Origin: Trichoplax adhaerens
Taxonomy: Eukaryota; Animalia; Placozoa
DNA: 64,000 nucleotides
Direction: 5' to 3'
Assembly (NCBI RefSeq): GCF_000150275.1
Contig: NW_002060958.1
Location: forward strand, 266,897-330,896
Shown here: positions 26,101-38,788 of the stretch, piece by piece
Layout: the number at the start of each line of letters is the position of its first letter
Numbering within the stretch: the stretch's first letter is position 1
Notes under the pieces: generated by a model
What the model was told of the DNA's origin: nothing
The model's input: the letters and a program-made list of their open reading frames with translations, nothing else
Databases searched by the model: none
Program-made: the position numbers and the translations under genes

Positions 26101-27592
26101 GAAATTCCAAATTCTATATATTAATTCCAGATTGAATGACAATATTGAATTGACAGATAAAGTCGAGTACATTTCTAAATACAAAAAACTACGTCAATAC
26201 CTTTGTCATACATGTATTCTCTAATGGACGAAGTAGCTCGGTAATATTAGTCGTATTGGAAGTAGCCTTTTGAGTTTGAATTTCCTCTTTCCACTTTGGA
26301 ATAGTACAATAATATAATTGGCCATATTTCGATTTTATTGTGAAGGCAGGATTGTCATCGTTATTGTCCTTTTCCTATAGAAATCAATAGTAATTATAAT
26401 CAGAGAAAAGTTCACCATGGCCACTTGTGAGCTAACTTTCCCCCGCCAACCTCCATTTCAAAGTTTAAAGCTAATATTACGTATATACTCTGCAGGCTAA
26501 TAACAGCTACTAGCTATGAGAAAGTTAATGGTAATTGAAGAAAATTCGTCCAATAAAGCATCTTCCTTACAGAAGGTGTTGACGTGATTGAAAACTGAAG
26601 TGTTTCTACTGTACATCTTTATCTATCATTACTAGTGCCGCATCAAAAAATTAAAATTACCAAATGAGCTGGAATATTATCCCTATTTAAGTAATGGATA
26701 AAAAATACCAAGGCTATTTTCGTACTGGAATATGATCGTATTCGTCTAACGTGATGTAACGTGCTCGTATTCAAAATGCAAAGTATTTATCTAGTCCATT
26801 CGCAAGCGAGTCTCCTTTCCTCCATCATCATCCATTTCATTGCAAATACTATCTAGCAAACGTTTATGGCTGGTATGAAAATTACTCTATGAACTTGTAA
26901 GCGTAGCATAACAGCACTACTGTATGACTATATTATCCAGTATTATTGGCTATTACCCCATTCAAATAATCCATCCAAAAATGTCAACGCAATATTAACA
27001 CTTTCGATGGAAGTGATTATGGAATAAGATCGTCTTCGTCTAGTGCAATATAACGTGCCGTATCCATAAAGTACTATTTTGTCTCGTCAATTTGGAATCG
27101 AGTCTCCTTTCATCATTCTCATCCATCTCATTGGCAAACACTATCTAAGGTGGGTTTATGACTGGTATGAAAGTAGAAACTACTACGAGTACAGTATTCC
27201 ATTGCATCAAGACAAGATGGAAAAGGTGCGCCATTACCCATGGATTTGGACATGGATATTGTCAGAACACCCAGACCGACTCGTTCCATGATGAAGATTA
27301 TGATGAAATCCAGCTAGATATCAAGTTAGAACAATTATGAAAGCAAAGTCTATTGGTTGATGATCCTTTGCGAAGAATTTCATCTACGCCTCCAAGGACA
27401 TGATGATGATGACGAGGCGATCTCGGATTCAACGTTATCCTAACTTACTAAATTTTCAACCACTGGGGTAGTCTGAATTTCCAACCCATATTGGACTTGC
27501 TTTAGCTCTTCAAGATCCAATTCAGTGGCAGGAATATCATTCGTAGTGACCAAGGAAAGTAAATAAGCGATCACAAATGTAGCTAGAAACAT
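23177..27592 (-). CDS. OS9: ERAD lectin OS-9 (signal peptide + MRH domain)
   Basis: Exon 1 reads MFLATFVIAYLLSLVTT...LDLEELKQVQYGLEI. MRH exons give KGWWTYKFCYNDRIEQYH, YHSQMYTNGSVCD and ISEPTECVY...CQHP. The last exon reads EEIRQRKLQEGYNFKWPINKEAH* (TAA 23179-23177). Confidence 0.9.
26735..27175. repeat. Diverged direct duplication (~150-bp alignable core, ~300-bp spacing) inside OS9 intron 1
   Basis: GATCGT.TTCGTCTA...AACGTGC.CGTAT...GAGTCTCCTTTC...CTGGTATGAAA is present at ~26735-26885 and ~27030-27175. Confidence 0.75.
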
Positions 27593-27927
27593 TTCATTCC
27601 TATCGCAAAGGCGTTGCTCAGCAACTCTAGCCAGCAGCCAAGTGGATCCAAAAGGGGGGGGGGGGGCAAAATAACCCTGTATCCACGTAATTTGTTGTTG
27701 TGTGGAACACAGTCAACACTGGTACCACGGGGGCCGGTGGTTGCACTTATAAACGCTTTCTGTTAATAGTAACTGTACTGTACTGCACAGTAGTCCACTT
27801 AGTACAGTACCACCGGTACTGAATAGACACTGTAGGCCCTGCTCGTAGTCTGTACGGTGTTGACGTTCACCATAGCCGGGGGGAGGTTTTTCCAGTTCTC
27901 TGGCCATTCTATAGTACTCTACCCGAT

Positions 27928-29059
27928 AGTTGAAACCGCCTAACGTACCGCACCGAAATCAAGCCCCGGCTCATTAACCATGTCAATGTTATGTTGGTAA
28001 ATTGCCATGTGTCAAGCTTATTCAGCTATGAAGCTTATTCAGCTATGAAGCTTATTCAGCTATGAAGCTTATTCAGCTATGAAGCTTTATTCAGCTCTGA
28101 AGCTTATTCAGCTCTGAAGCTTATTTAGCTCTGAAGCTTATTCAGCTATAAGCTTCATCCAGCTATGGGGCTTATTCAGCAATGAAGCTTATTCAGCTAT
28201 GAAGCTTTATTTAGCTCTGAAGCTTATTCAGCTATGAAGCTTATTCAGCTATGAAGCTTTATCCAGCTATGGAGCTTATTCAGCTATAAGCTTCATCCAG
28301 CTCTGAAGCTTATTCAGCAATGAAGCTTATTCAGCTATGAAGCTTTATTTAGCTATGGAGCTTATTCAGCAATGAAGCTTATTCAGCAATGAAGCTTATT
28401 CAGCTATGAAGCTTTATCCAGCTATGGAGCTTATTCAGCTATAAGCTTCATCCAGCTCTGAAGCTTATTCAGCAATGAAGCTTATTCAGCTATGAAGCTT
28501 TATTTAGCTATGGAGCTTATTCAGCAATGAAGCTTATTCAGCAATGAAGCTTATTCAGCTATGAAGCTTTATCCAGCTATGGAGCTTATTCAGCAATGAA
28601 GCCTATTCAGCTATGAAGCTTTATCCAGCTATGGAGCTTATTCAGTAATGAAGCCTATTCAGGTATGAAGCTTTATCCAGCTATGGAGCTTATTCAGCTA
28701 TAAAGTTTATTCAGCTATGACCTTTTATTCAGCTATGAAGCTTTATTTAGCTATGAAGCTTATTTAGCAACGAAGCTTATTCAGTTAAGATGCTTTATTC
28801 AGATATAAAGCTTATGCAGTAATGAAGCTTATTCAGCTATGACGCTTTATTCAGCTATGAAGCTTTTTCGGTAATGAAGCTTATTCAGCTATGAAACTTT
28901 ATTCAGCTATGAAACTTTATTCAGCTATGAAGCTTATTTAGCTATGAAACTTATTCAGCTATGAAGCTTGTTCAGCTTCATTGCTACAAGTTGGGTGGTA
29001 GGGTATAAAAGGAGGAGCGAATGCTCAGCTCCTCAGTTCGTGATTAGATTGCGTTTCGG
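27928..29059. mobile_element. Putative non-autonomous insertion carrying a minisatellite, bounded by a 9-bp direct repeat
   Basis: CTACCCGAT occurs at 27919-27927 and 29060-29068. The ends are imperfectly inverted (TAGTTGAAAC / GTTTCGGCTA, overlapping the direct repeat). No transposase ORF. Confidence 0.4.
28014..28980. repeat. Minisatellite, 17-18-bp unit GAAGCTT(T)ATTCAGCTAT, roughly 55 copies
   Basis: Directly visible, with variant units (CAAT, CTCT, ATCCAG, GGAG). Confidence 0.98.
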
Positions 29060-29894
29060 CTACCCGATTAATAAAGCTATGCTAAACAGTTAGAAAAGTT
29101 TTATCCGTGAGAGACCGTAAGTAGTACAGGACTACTACACAGTAGACTTCCAGGTGTTGTGGAGATAGGAATAAGTAATCTATTCGTTTAGGGTAGTAGT
29201 TCGCAAGTTCAGTTTGATGATGGAAGGGCACAGATAGCAAATTCCCAACCGAATGATACATATTGCCCATAATCTATTGGATCATGATCTATCTTACTAT
29301 AGAACTTAATGGGAAGGACCAACTTGACTCTATACGAGTGTATCACGATATGATTGATAGATTTTTCCAAAAGTCAAATCAATACCCGGCCACTACATTG
29401 GTGGTGCTAAGAAGTAGTACCAATCGCATGTTTTAGTAATTCATGACAGTAGGTACTATATGGACGACGATACAGCAATACTAAAAGTTATTGAAGCAAT
29501 TCTAACAAGTACTAAGTAGCAAAATAGGAAGGAAATTAACTGGGAGATCGCAAACCCCAAAGCCAATATAAGCTGAACCATGTGAAAATAATAATGGACA
29601 GTAGAAAGCAATCATCTAGCTAGATTGGATTGCCAAGTTTAAATTATAGTGCCTGACTGAAGAGTAAACCTGTCAACTCGACTTCATCATGCATAGAAAC
29701 ACTACAGGTAATAAATCCAATTTGACAAATCGTTTATTAGATATTATACGAGTAGGATCAATAAAGAGTCTAAATAAATTTGAAATGAGACAATTCGTAG
29801 GAGTAGATCCGCTAACTATCTTATAGATTAATCTAGTTAGTAATCAGTCGATAGAGATCACTGACACTCATTTAAAAACTATAATTTTGAATAA

Positions 29895-32800
29895 TTAACG
29901 TGCTTCAGCTAAGCCAATGATTTCTAATATCATAATGAACAGGTTGACAATATCACTATATAAATTTAAAGTTGCGAAAATATATTCTTCTGGAGAAATA
30001 GCATATCGTTTTTGGCCCCACATCATCAGCTGTGTATTATATATCAGGTACTAAAAGGAAAGGTAGTATTTAGTTATTAAATAGAGATTGGCAACGAAAT
30101 AAAACTTGAAAGAAAATCAAAGTTACATCATCCATTAATGGCAGATATATCTATTAATTCATTCAGCATTATCTTACCAAAGTGAATATAAATGCCCCTA
30201 TGCTGGCGTAGACGATATAAAGTATCTATTAAAGTACAACGGATTTTATTTAATCAAACTTGGATTGAATAGACATGAATAAGCCATGAGTAAATGTCAA
30301 GAGCTGAAAAATTCTCTTACCCTGTTATAGAAAAAGATGCAAAAGAATCCAAAACCCATTAAAACACCCAATAATCCCAATAATAATCCACCTTGTGACG
30401 TAAAATCCATCTAACGCCAAGTATTGCATTAATAAGGATTAATACTCGGGCATGTAATGAATCAATTAAAAATGATTTTTCACAAAGTTTCATATAATTA
30501 TCATAACTACCTTTGTCTGTAGAGAAAAGATCGTAATAACAAATGCTACAATCTAAAATTTGAAAAATATTAATACAAATGATGCATTTCTTCCCTCCAA
30601 GCCAATTAGCTAAACAATTACAAGACAATATTAGCCTAAAATAAGATGAAAAATAATTACCGAAACAATCCCAAACGCTATCATAACTGCGCTGACTTTG
30701 AAATAGCTATAAAACAAGGTAAAGGAAGAGCAAAAAGGTGATAAATGCCATACAATATTAAATTAAGATGAAAAGCATTTAAATGTCATCTATAAAAACA
30801 GATACATATATCATTCTGACTTTCAAATAGCTACAAATCAAAGTAAAGAAAACGGAAAAAGCGCGAAAGCAGGCAAATATCGAATACTGATGAATTATAT
30901 TGCAATTATATAGAACAAGCAGACTCTTGCAGTATCATTCTACCAAATCCTACTGCCCAACAGTATTATTGCTGCATAAAGAAATCTCTAAGAATAACGC
31001 AGATATCTTTCTAACTGATTATCAATTTGCCATGTAATTGAGGTAGTTAAAATTATCTCATACGCACAAGGTCAAAATAAGCAATATTCTAGCTTACCTA
31101 GCAATAGTGCCGACCATAAATGACATAATCAATGTCTAGAAAAATATAAATACGATGATATAACTTTTGCATAACTCAATTTCAGTATATCGATAGAAAG
31201 AGCAATGGCCTAACTTAATCTTTTTCAATGTAGTCGTTTTGTCAAGGATTAATGACGAAAGATATAATTTTAGACCTATTCGCATTTGTTACTTACATAA
31301 ATTAAAAGGCAGATGTAGTTATAAGGGATCTCTCTTCTACAATTAGACATTAAATAGTTTTAGATTAAATATCTTTTAATGGCGACATTTGTATCCTTGT
31401 GTATTAAAATCAATAAAATGATGTTTAATGATCACAATGAAAATAGATATCTACAATGGATAATAAATATACTAGTAACTATTACAATCATTAAATCATG
31501 AAAAGAAAACATCTTTATCTTATATATATTAAACTTGGCGTCCAAACAACACATACTGTTACAAAATAACATTAACTTGCCTTGCTTCAACTACGCTCCC
31601 CATGATAACGGTCACGATCAGTAATAAAACACTGGATTCGGTAAATTTCAGATGTGAAGACATTGAAACATTAATTACTTATCTCTGGAAATAAATACTC
31701 CATTTTCAAACTAAAGCAACTACATGCATCTATGCAAGCTCCTTACATTCCCAAAATATACATCCACATATTTTGATGAATAAATTCTTGGATGGGCTTC
31801 CTAAAGTTTATAATAAGCAATAAAAATGTTTTTGTGTTATCCGAAATCAAAGAAATTTTCCTAGATTCGATCGTAAACTTGAATTCTGCTAACGGTAACT
31901 TCAAATTGGACTATCTTCTTATGAATCAGTTTAAGGTCAATGACTAGTCATGTAGGTATTGAAATCGTCTTCAATTAAGCATGATATTGGTTGTCGTAAT
32001 TAGTATTACTTGTTACTATTAACGCAAAGAAATCAATTACTTACACGAATATAAACAGCGCTGTAATTCCGCAAGTAATCAACAGTTGAATGAATAATAG
32101 ACAATAAACCTGTAAGCAATAATTATCTCTTAATCATAAGCCAGCAAGGTGAAACAAACACAAAAAATATTTAGCAACTGTTACTTGAAATACATTATTA
32201 GAATACTAAAAGATGAATTAAACTCGTTTAACAGAAATAATATGCCCTATAAGTAAGTTTTCGCGAATTGTTCCAACATTGGCTTGATGTTTTAATCTTG
32301 TATAAAACTATAAATTAAATATTCACTAAATCTCAGATAAGGCCATGCAAACAATAATAGCGTCTGAACAGTTTCATGATTTCTAACTTCTCCCTACTCA
32401 ATAGTATTTAATTTTTATAACTTTTAGGCAGATACTAGATCTCAAGTACCTAAAATAAAGCTGTGGGTTATTATAATTAATTAGTTAGTTTACCTTTGCA
32501 GTAAAGTATTAATTAAATATTATATACAAGCATCGTAGAAGACTTTATGCAACTTACATATAGTTTAATAAAAATTTTTCTCATCACGATTAAGCGATGA
32601 TTATAGCAATACAAATAGATCGAAATTAAGTATTTACAGAGCGGAATTATTCATGGTCATTTCGTTATGATTTCAGAATACTACAATGATGACTATAATG
32701 TAATACAAGGTACCGTTAGCGCATCTTAATAGTAGACTGTTCCTGTTTCATGCTATGAAAGCCAATATACTACAAACCCTAAATGTTACAACTACAATAT

Positions 32801-33418
32801 GTTTGGATGCTTGTGTTTTCTGTAGTCCTACCATGTTTAAGATTCATTACAGCTATTAGGTCAGTCAAATAAAATTTATAGGATAAACAAGCTGTATGCT
32901 AGTATTACCTTTCTGATAAAAGCTATCACGTAAAGATCCAATAAATATGTGATAAAGGACGTTGGTAATTCCGAGATTGAGTAAAGCGGTTTAGTAATTT
33001 ATTAACAGGAAAATCGTTCATTTCAGTAACATTCATGCAAGTATTAGCCATTAAATTTCGAAGAATGGACGTCATGGTAAAAATGGCATTGGAACCAACG
33101 GCACGAATTTACAATGCCAAATATAGTAGCCATGAAATTATTTAATGCAAACCAACAAGAAATTTGATTAAATTAAGCATCAATACAATAATAATCACTT
33201 AAATTTTAACAATCCAAAATTGAATATAGCTACGATAAAGGATAGGTATGCAGTGATAGAATCGCTATCACGAGCTAACCTAATCTTATAGATTGATCTG
33301 CAAAAGCTTCAGAGTATTCGTATGCATTTTGAGATTTTTCCCTATTATAATCATCATCAGGCGTTAAATAAGCTCTTTCACTATAGCCATATTGTCCACC
33401 AAGCTGGTCCCCATCCAT
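29895..33418 (-). CDS. Protein lifeguard / TMBIM family (FAIM2/GRINA/TMBIM1-like) membrane protein
   Basis: Spliced product: ...FADQSIRL|AFIRK|VYCLLFIQLLIT...RREIPYNYICLL...FSLQTK|MDFTSQGG...YASIGAFIF|YLIYNTQLMM...ISPEEYIFATLNLYSDIVNLF...*. Stop TAA at 29897-29895. Includes a 14-nt microexon (~32910-32923) and one GC-AG intron. Confidence 0.92.
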
Positions 33419-35469
33419 TTTGTAAATGAAAATTTTTATATTACTTAACAGTTCTATTTTATATCCACGATAGGAAATGATAGCGAAATATGGGAATAGG
33501 GTATCGGACAGGAAGTATTTGGTATTGGCTATTGATATCAGTTGTTTTCCTTTACTTAATCTCACTTCACGTTAGATATATTTAAGAGCAAAATCAAAAC
33601 AGCAGAGTCGGATCACATAGGTAAGTGTCGACAGCTACTGTATAGTATCAAACTTAGTCTCTATACACGTACTTTTTCTATTCAACTTGTCCCTTTTAGA
33701 TAATATAAATTCATTATGTCATGACTCTATCATGAATGATAGCAATATGTTAATGTAACATTGACCACCATATGGTCTATTCGTTATCGTTGATATTTTT
33801 GTATGAATCATTCATGTCTTAAGACTCTCTTACCATTGCTATGCTAGATTATGATCAGAATTTATCTCAGGAAGTTGTACCATGACGTCATATTATTAGC
33901 TATATTTATTCAGGTAATTAATATATTCCTTGCAATATGGATAGTGTTATATTCCAAATTGGCCTAAATTATCGAAAGTAGATTGAAATATTAATCATCC
34001 AATTCATATGTATAGTATTTAGATGTTGATGTTGGTCTACTTCCACATTAGCAGTTACGCACATTAAATTAATTTTTGTTGGCATATCTTATCTGCTTTG
34101 ATTCGATAGCCGTCATATACAAAATCCTCTTTTCACTTGTAGTATAAAGGATTTAATGAATATCATACTTTATCATGGTTACTGCTCACTCTAGGCTACT
34201 ATTCAATTTAAAATAAATTAAACTAAAATAGCTAATAAATAAGTAGATTATACACGTTGATCAAAGAGTTTTCTGTAGGATAAAAAGTAGACCAGCACCG
34301 ATTATATCAGTATAAAAATTTTTAGATGAACAATTCTACTTAACATCAGCTTACGAAGTAGATTTGCTGGATCAATGAGGGGGTGGGGAGAAATTCCTAT
34401 TTTATATTATATCATTGTGCCCCAACGTCGGTCATGATAATCCTTTACACAGCTACCACTACAAAGTAACCAAAACCATCTAAATCTATTTATTCCGATA
34501 GTAAGAGTAAGATGCTAAACAATGATTTTCATCAGTAATTTGCTTCCCAATCCAGAGTTAATTTTATTGCTATACGAAAGGTTTAGTATTTATTTTTAAA
34601 ACTATGATGCAATTTGTAATCATGTATGAGAATTACGAAATCTATTTAGGCAGAATATGCAGTTGATACATAAGATATGACGTAAGTACTGTCAAAAATT
34701 ACCTAAAAGATATAAATCTTATTAATGATAATTACTAATTGCATTAAATCTGGCATCTATATGCAACCAACATCAGGAAGATATTATTTTAGTATCGATT
34801 AACTTTATTCTATATTAATAATTTAATCAGAAGCGAATAAATCGTAACATAAATCAGTAAAAATCTAGTAATGCTGTAATTGCCATTCTATTTAGCATTT
34901 ATTAGGTGATCAGGCTTGCATGATTTATGCAAAAACGCTATGATCTAATACGTGTACATATGATGATGCGTTGACAGAAATAACGATTTTGTATTTGAAT
35001 ACCGATAATATAATATAGCAACAAAATCTCGCTAAAACCAATTCGTATATAGAAATTCTACTTGAATAAACTATACTCTAAATAATGTACTAATGTTTAT
35101 AGTAATTCACTTTCAATTAACATAATTATACTTGTCCACGGGATACACTACGCAAAGATAATCTAGATCGCATTTATGTTGATATTCTACTGAAAATTTA
35201 AGCACGATTACAGTTTATGACAAAGATATTATCTACAAATTAATTAACGATTAGCACCTTACTAACATACTACATACTCTGATCAAATAAGCAAGTAACC
35301 GCTGCGTAAATTAGATTATGCTAAGGTTGATCCACATTTACTTTACATAATTACTCATAGACTAATCACTAGCACTATTATTTTGCATACAATATTATCG
35401 GATTACTTAAAGTATATTGAGTGGCTAGAGAAGAATTATAAGAATTATACGTTAATTACATTTTCGTCT

Positions 35470-37092
35470 TTAGGGTGCTATCTCTTCTTCAACCCACCAG
35501 GCCGTAATCGAATTTTCATTCTTTGAACAACTAAACTGACGAGTACACTTGTTATAATTGCCAAATAAGTTATAAGTAATAGGTGCTCCTGCCGGAGAAT
35601 CTGCAACACCACACTTATCGGCTTCATCCTTATTCGACATTTGGCCGAAACTAACTTTATCACATCGACTAGCGGCTTCGTCCATACTTAAATGAAAATG
35701 AATATCTTGCCTGCTATAGGCAGGCATCTTTCTATTAGCGACTGGTCTGTTCAGAGCTGACATAAAGAAGACAGGAACACAGTTATCCATTCCATCATTT
35801 AGGCTAGGTGTTTCGAATAATGATTTCGCTATAGATGGAGTGCTTTTTAATTTCAGCACTTCATTTCCTAATATGCTATACTTATTCTGCCCTGACGTGG
35901 TTACAGTGATGCACTGGGTGCACATAAACCTTCCTTTTGAGGTAATACTGACCATTTGACTTTTAGAGAGACGAAATAAATCAAAGGGAAATGCTACACC
36001 AGGAGATAAAATTCCAGTATTAGTGGGAGAATCAACATAGTAGCTATGAGCAATGCTTGAATGTAAGGAATTGTTCTTGCTATAGGACTCGAACATGGTT
36101 AAAATAGAGTTGCCAAGTTTACGACAAAAGGTCTGGAATGGTTTATCTTGATCGTCGTATAAAACTGCTGGTTTATCAACAAAATTGCCTTCGTAGGATA
36201 AATCCATACAAGTTCTTGGTTTCGATACTACCGCACTCCTGACCTAATAAAATATAAGTAGTAAGAGTACTGTTAGCACCGATTTTAATTGACGAATAAT
36301 TCGGTATTTTACGAAAAATGTTTATATGAAACCGGGCTGACAAGATTATCCGATAGTTTTTTAAGTTTGACGTAGAACGTTAATTCTATGATATATGTAT
36401 CATCACTATTCAAATCAGATATAATTCTATGCCGTCATTTAGGATACCTTCAGTAAGTAATACCTATTAGATTTGTTTTATATATTTGCTTAAGTTAAAT
36501 CATGCGAATTAGTTGGTTTAAAAGGAGAACGTCTTTGGACTAATTGATCCACTACAGTTATTTTTATTCGTTTAGTAAAGACTGCTTGATCATTAACATT
36601 TCAAGAATCTATTAATATATATCAAAGATCTTCAGGTCAATCAAAACAACGATCATTTCTTACCTTGAACAATGTCAATATAGAATTACGTACAAAACTG
36701 AAGTATGTTAATTTTATTACAATTCATGGCTGCGTATTTAAACTTGTTCAATTTTTACATTTACCGTAGAATAGATAAATGATAAAATCTTTAATCATAA
36801 TTCGACCAAAGTATAGCCCCAATATGTATTAGCTTTCGTATCAGAATCTAGAAAATGAGCATAGTACTTCTAGGATAATTGCTTTATGGACAAATTCTAC
36901 TCGATGTCAGGCTGAGACATAAAACGATCTTGCTATGGCGAATTATCGCTTTAACTCACATTTACAAAGCTAATATGAATCTATAAAATAGCTAGAAACT
37001 GACTGGTTTTTAGAGTTTTATTAACGCAACATGCTTACCGATGAAATGCTAAATAGCAAAGAAAAACCAATGATAAGGGTAAAGATCTTCAT
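35470..37092 (-). CDS. Uncharacterised secreted cysteine-containing protein (~275 aa) with a fibrinogen/intelectin-like N-terminal motif
   Basis: Exon 1 (37092-37039) encodes signal peptide MKIFTLIIGFSLLFSISS with a GTAAGC donor. Exon 2 (36243-35470) is in frame with the 245-aa ORF and begins VRSAVVSKPRTCMDL...LYDDQDKPFQTFC. Confidence 0.8.
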
Positions 37093-38788
37093 ATTGCGAT
37101 AGAAATTTAATTTATTTTCCTAGATATAGAAAATTTAATTGTAGATGGTAAAGGCAGATCCTAATGTTAATCGCAAAGATCGTATCTGATAGCTACTTTC
37201 AGGAAAGCACTAGCTTATATCGATCTAATCATTAACAATCACATAAATAAATCTTTAACGGTTACCGCATACAGGTACAATAATTCTTTGTTATACAATG
37301 TGGAAAATAATACTTGTTTTTTTATCACGCATTTTGCTGTAAATTATGTGTTTAGTATTTACGTCAGCAAATGATGGTAATCTGATAGCATCGCCTAAAT
37401 TAGACTTTTATTTATTAGGGCTTTATCTACTGAAGCTGATCTTATTTTATGTTCGATACTAGACAAGGATTGCGTTCTTTATTGCGTGACTAATTTCAAG
37501 GAAAGCATTCTATAGATATGACGATGTCAACAGATGCTCGAGAAGCAAGATTCAACAAGGCTCTCCTATTCTTCTAGATATTACGATGAAAAGTTTATTC
37601 CAAGTGAAAATATTGTAAAAGATAGCTATTGAAAATAAATAATGTGACGCTGTCGTAGATTGTGAAAAGTCTATTCTAAGCCAAAATATTCTAAAAATTA
37701 CTATTTGAAATAAGTAATGTGAGGCTGTCGTAGATTGAATTATCGATATAGATCTGTTCTGAATATGGTGAAAAGAAAAAATCTCTGTTGCAGTGAAGCT
37801 ATTTATGAATAATAAAGTCTGTTTATTCCAATAATTTCTACTCTGTATTGAGATGTGTAGTGTATTTAGATTGTGTTATAACTCTAGTGTATCATTCAAT
37901 ATCGGCATTTTAAATGATTCTTAAATATAGATACCTTTACGGTCTTACTACGCTACATTTAAATATAGCCTTGTTATATTGAGTTATCTATAGCATTTCT
38001 ATTCTTCGCTATTTTCTACAATCATTTACTATTGCATTAGCTATCGTGGTATATGGTATATTTAATTCTATAATCTTCTTCTCTATGTGTGTACTAGCTC
38101 CTCCAACTATAACTATAAGCGATTTCTGTCTTAGATTTTGTTAGTTTCACTAATAGCAGAGTTAGTATTTCAAATATTAATTGTTGAAGGCAGTACACTG
38201 GTAACTGCAGTATCATATTGTACGCAGTTCTAGTCGACAATAAAGTATCCATTTTCTACTAAACTCTTTGTGCAATTGGGTGTGCTTCTGTGTGTGGCAA
38301 TGATCTAAGTCCGCTACCGCTAACTCATCAAACCTTCCATCATTGTATCAATTTACTTGCCTCTAAAATGTCATAGTGAGTATAAAACAGCTACTATACC
38401 AGTAGCATCCGTAGGGACAAAAGCACTGTTGTAGCTTTTACTTTATGCTATCTTAGTATTGAAAAAGCAAATTTTATTCTATACTTTGGTCTGGACTGTC
38501 TGGACTATGGAAAATAAAGTAGAGGCTTTAATTGTGTTCATCCGCCCATTATGGTCGTAGCCCTCCCTGGTGAATTAATATTCATAAAATTGTTCTTTGA
38601 ATAACGGTAAATAATTCAAAGAAGTTACCTGTAATAGAAGAAAAGATTATACTAATGGAATATAAATAAAATTGTAAAGTACGCCTTACTGGTGCGTTAG
38701 CATTAGCGATAAGGCGGTTGCAGAAGAATTTTCGTCGCGCCTCGATGCTCAAGAGACGTCGCGACTTGATGCACTAGAGAGCAGAGCA

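Noticed and set aside
28014-28980. CRISPR-like array
   Set aside because: Units are contiguous with no unique spacers, there are no cas genes, and the context is eukaryotic.
29010-29065. Hammerhead ribozyme on the minus strand (GAAAC and CTGAGGA both present)
   Set aside because: Stems II and III and the NUH cleavage triplet cannot be paired in any hammerhead topology.
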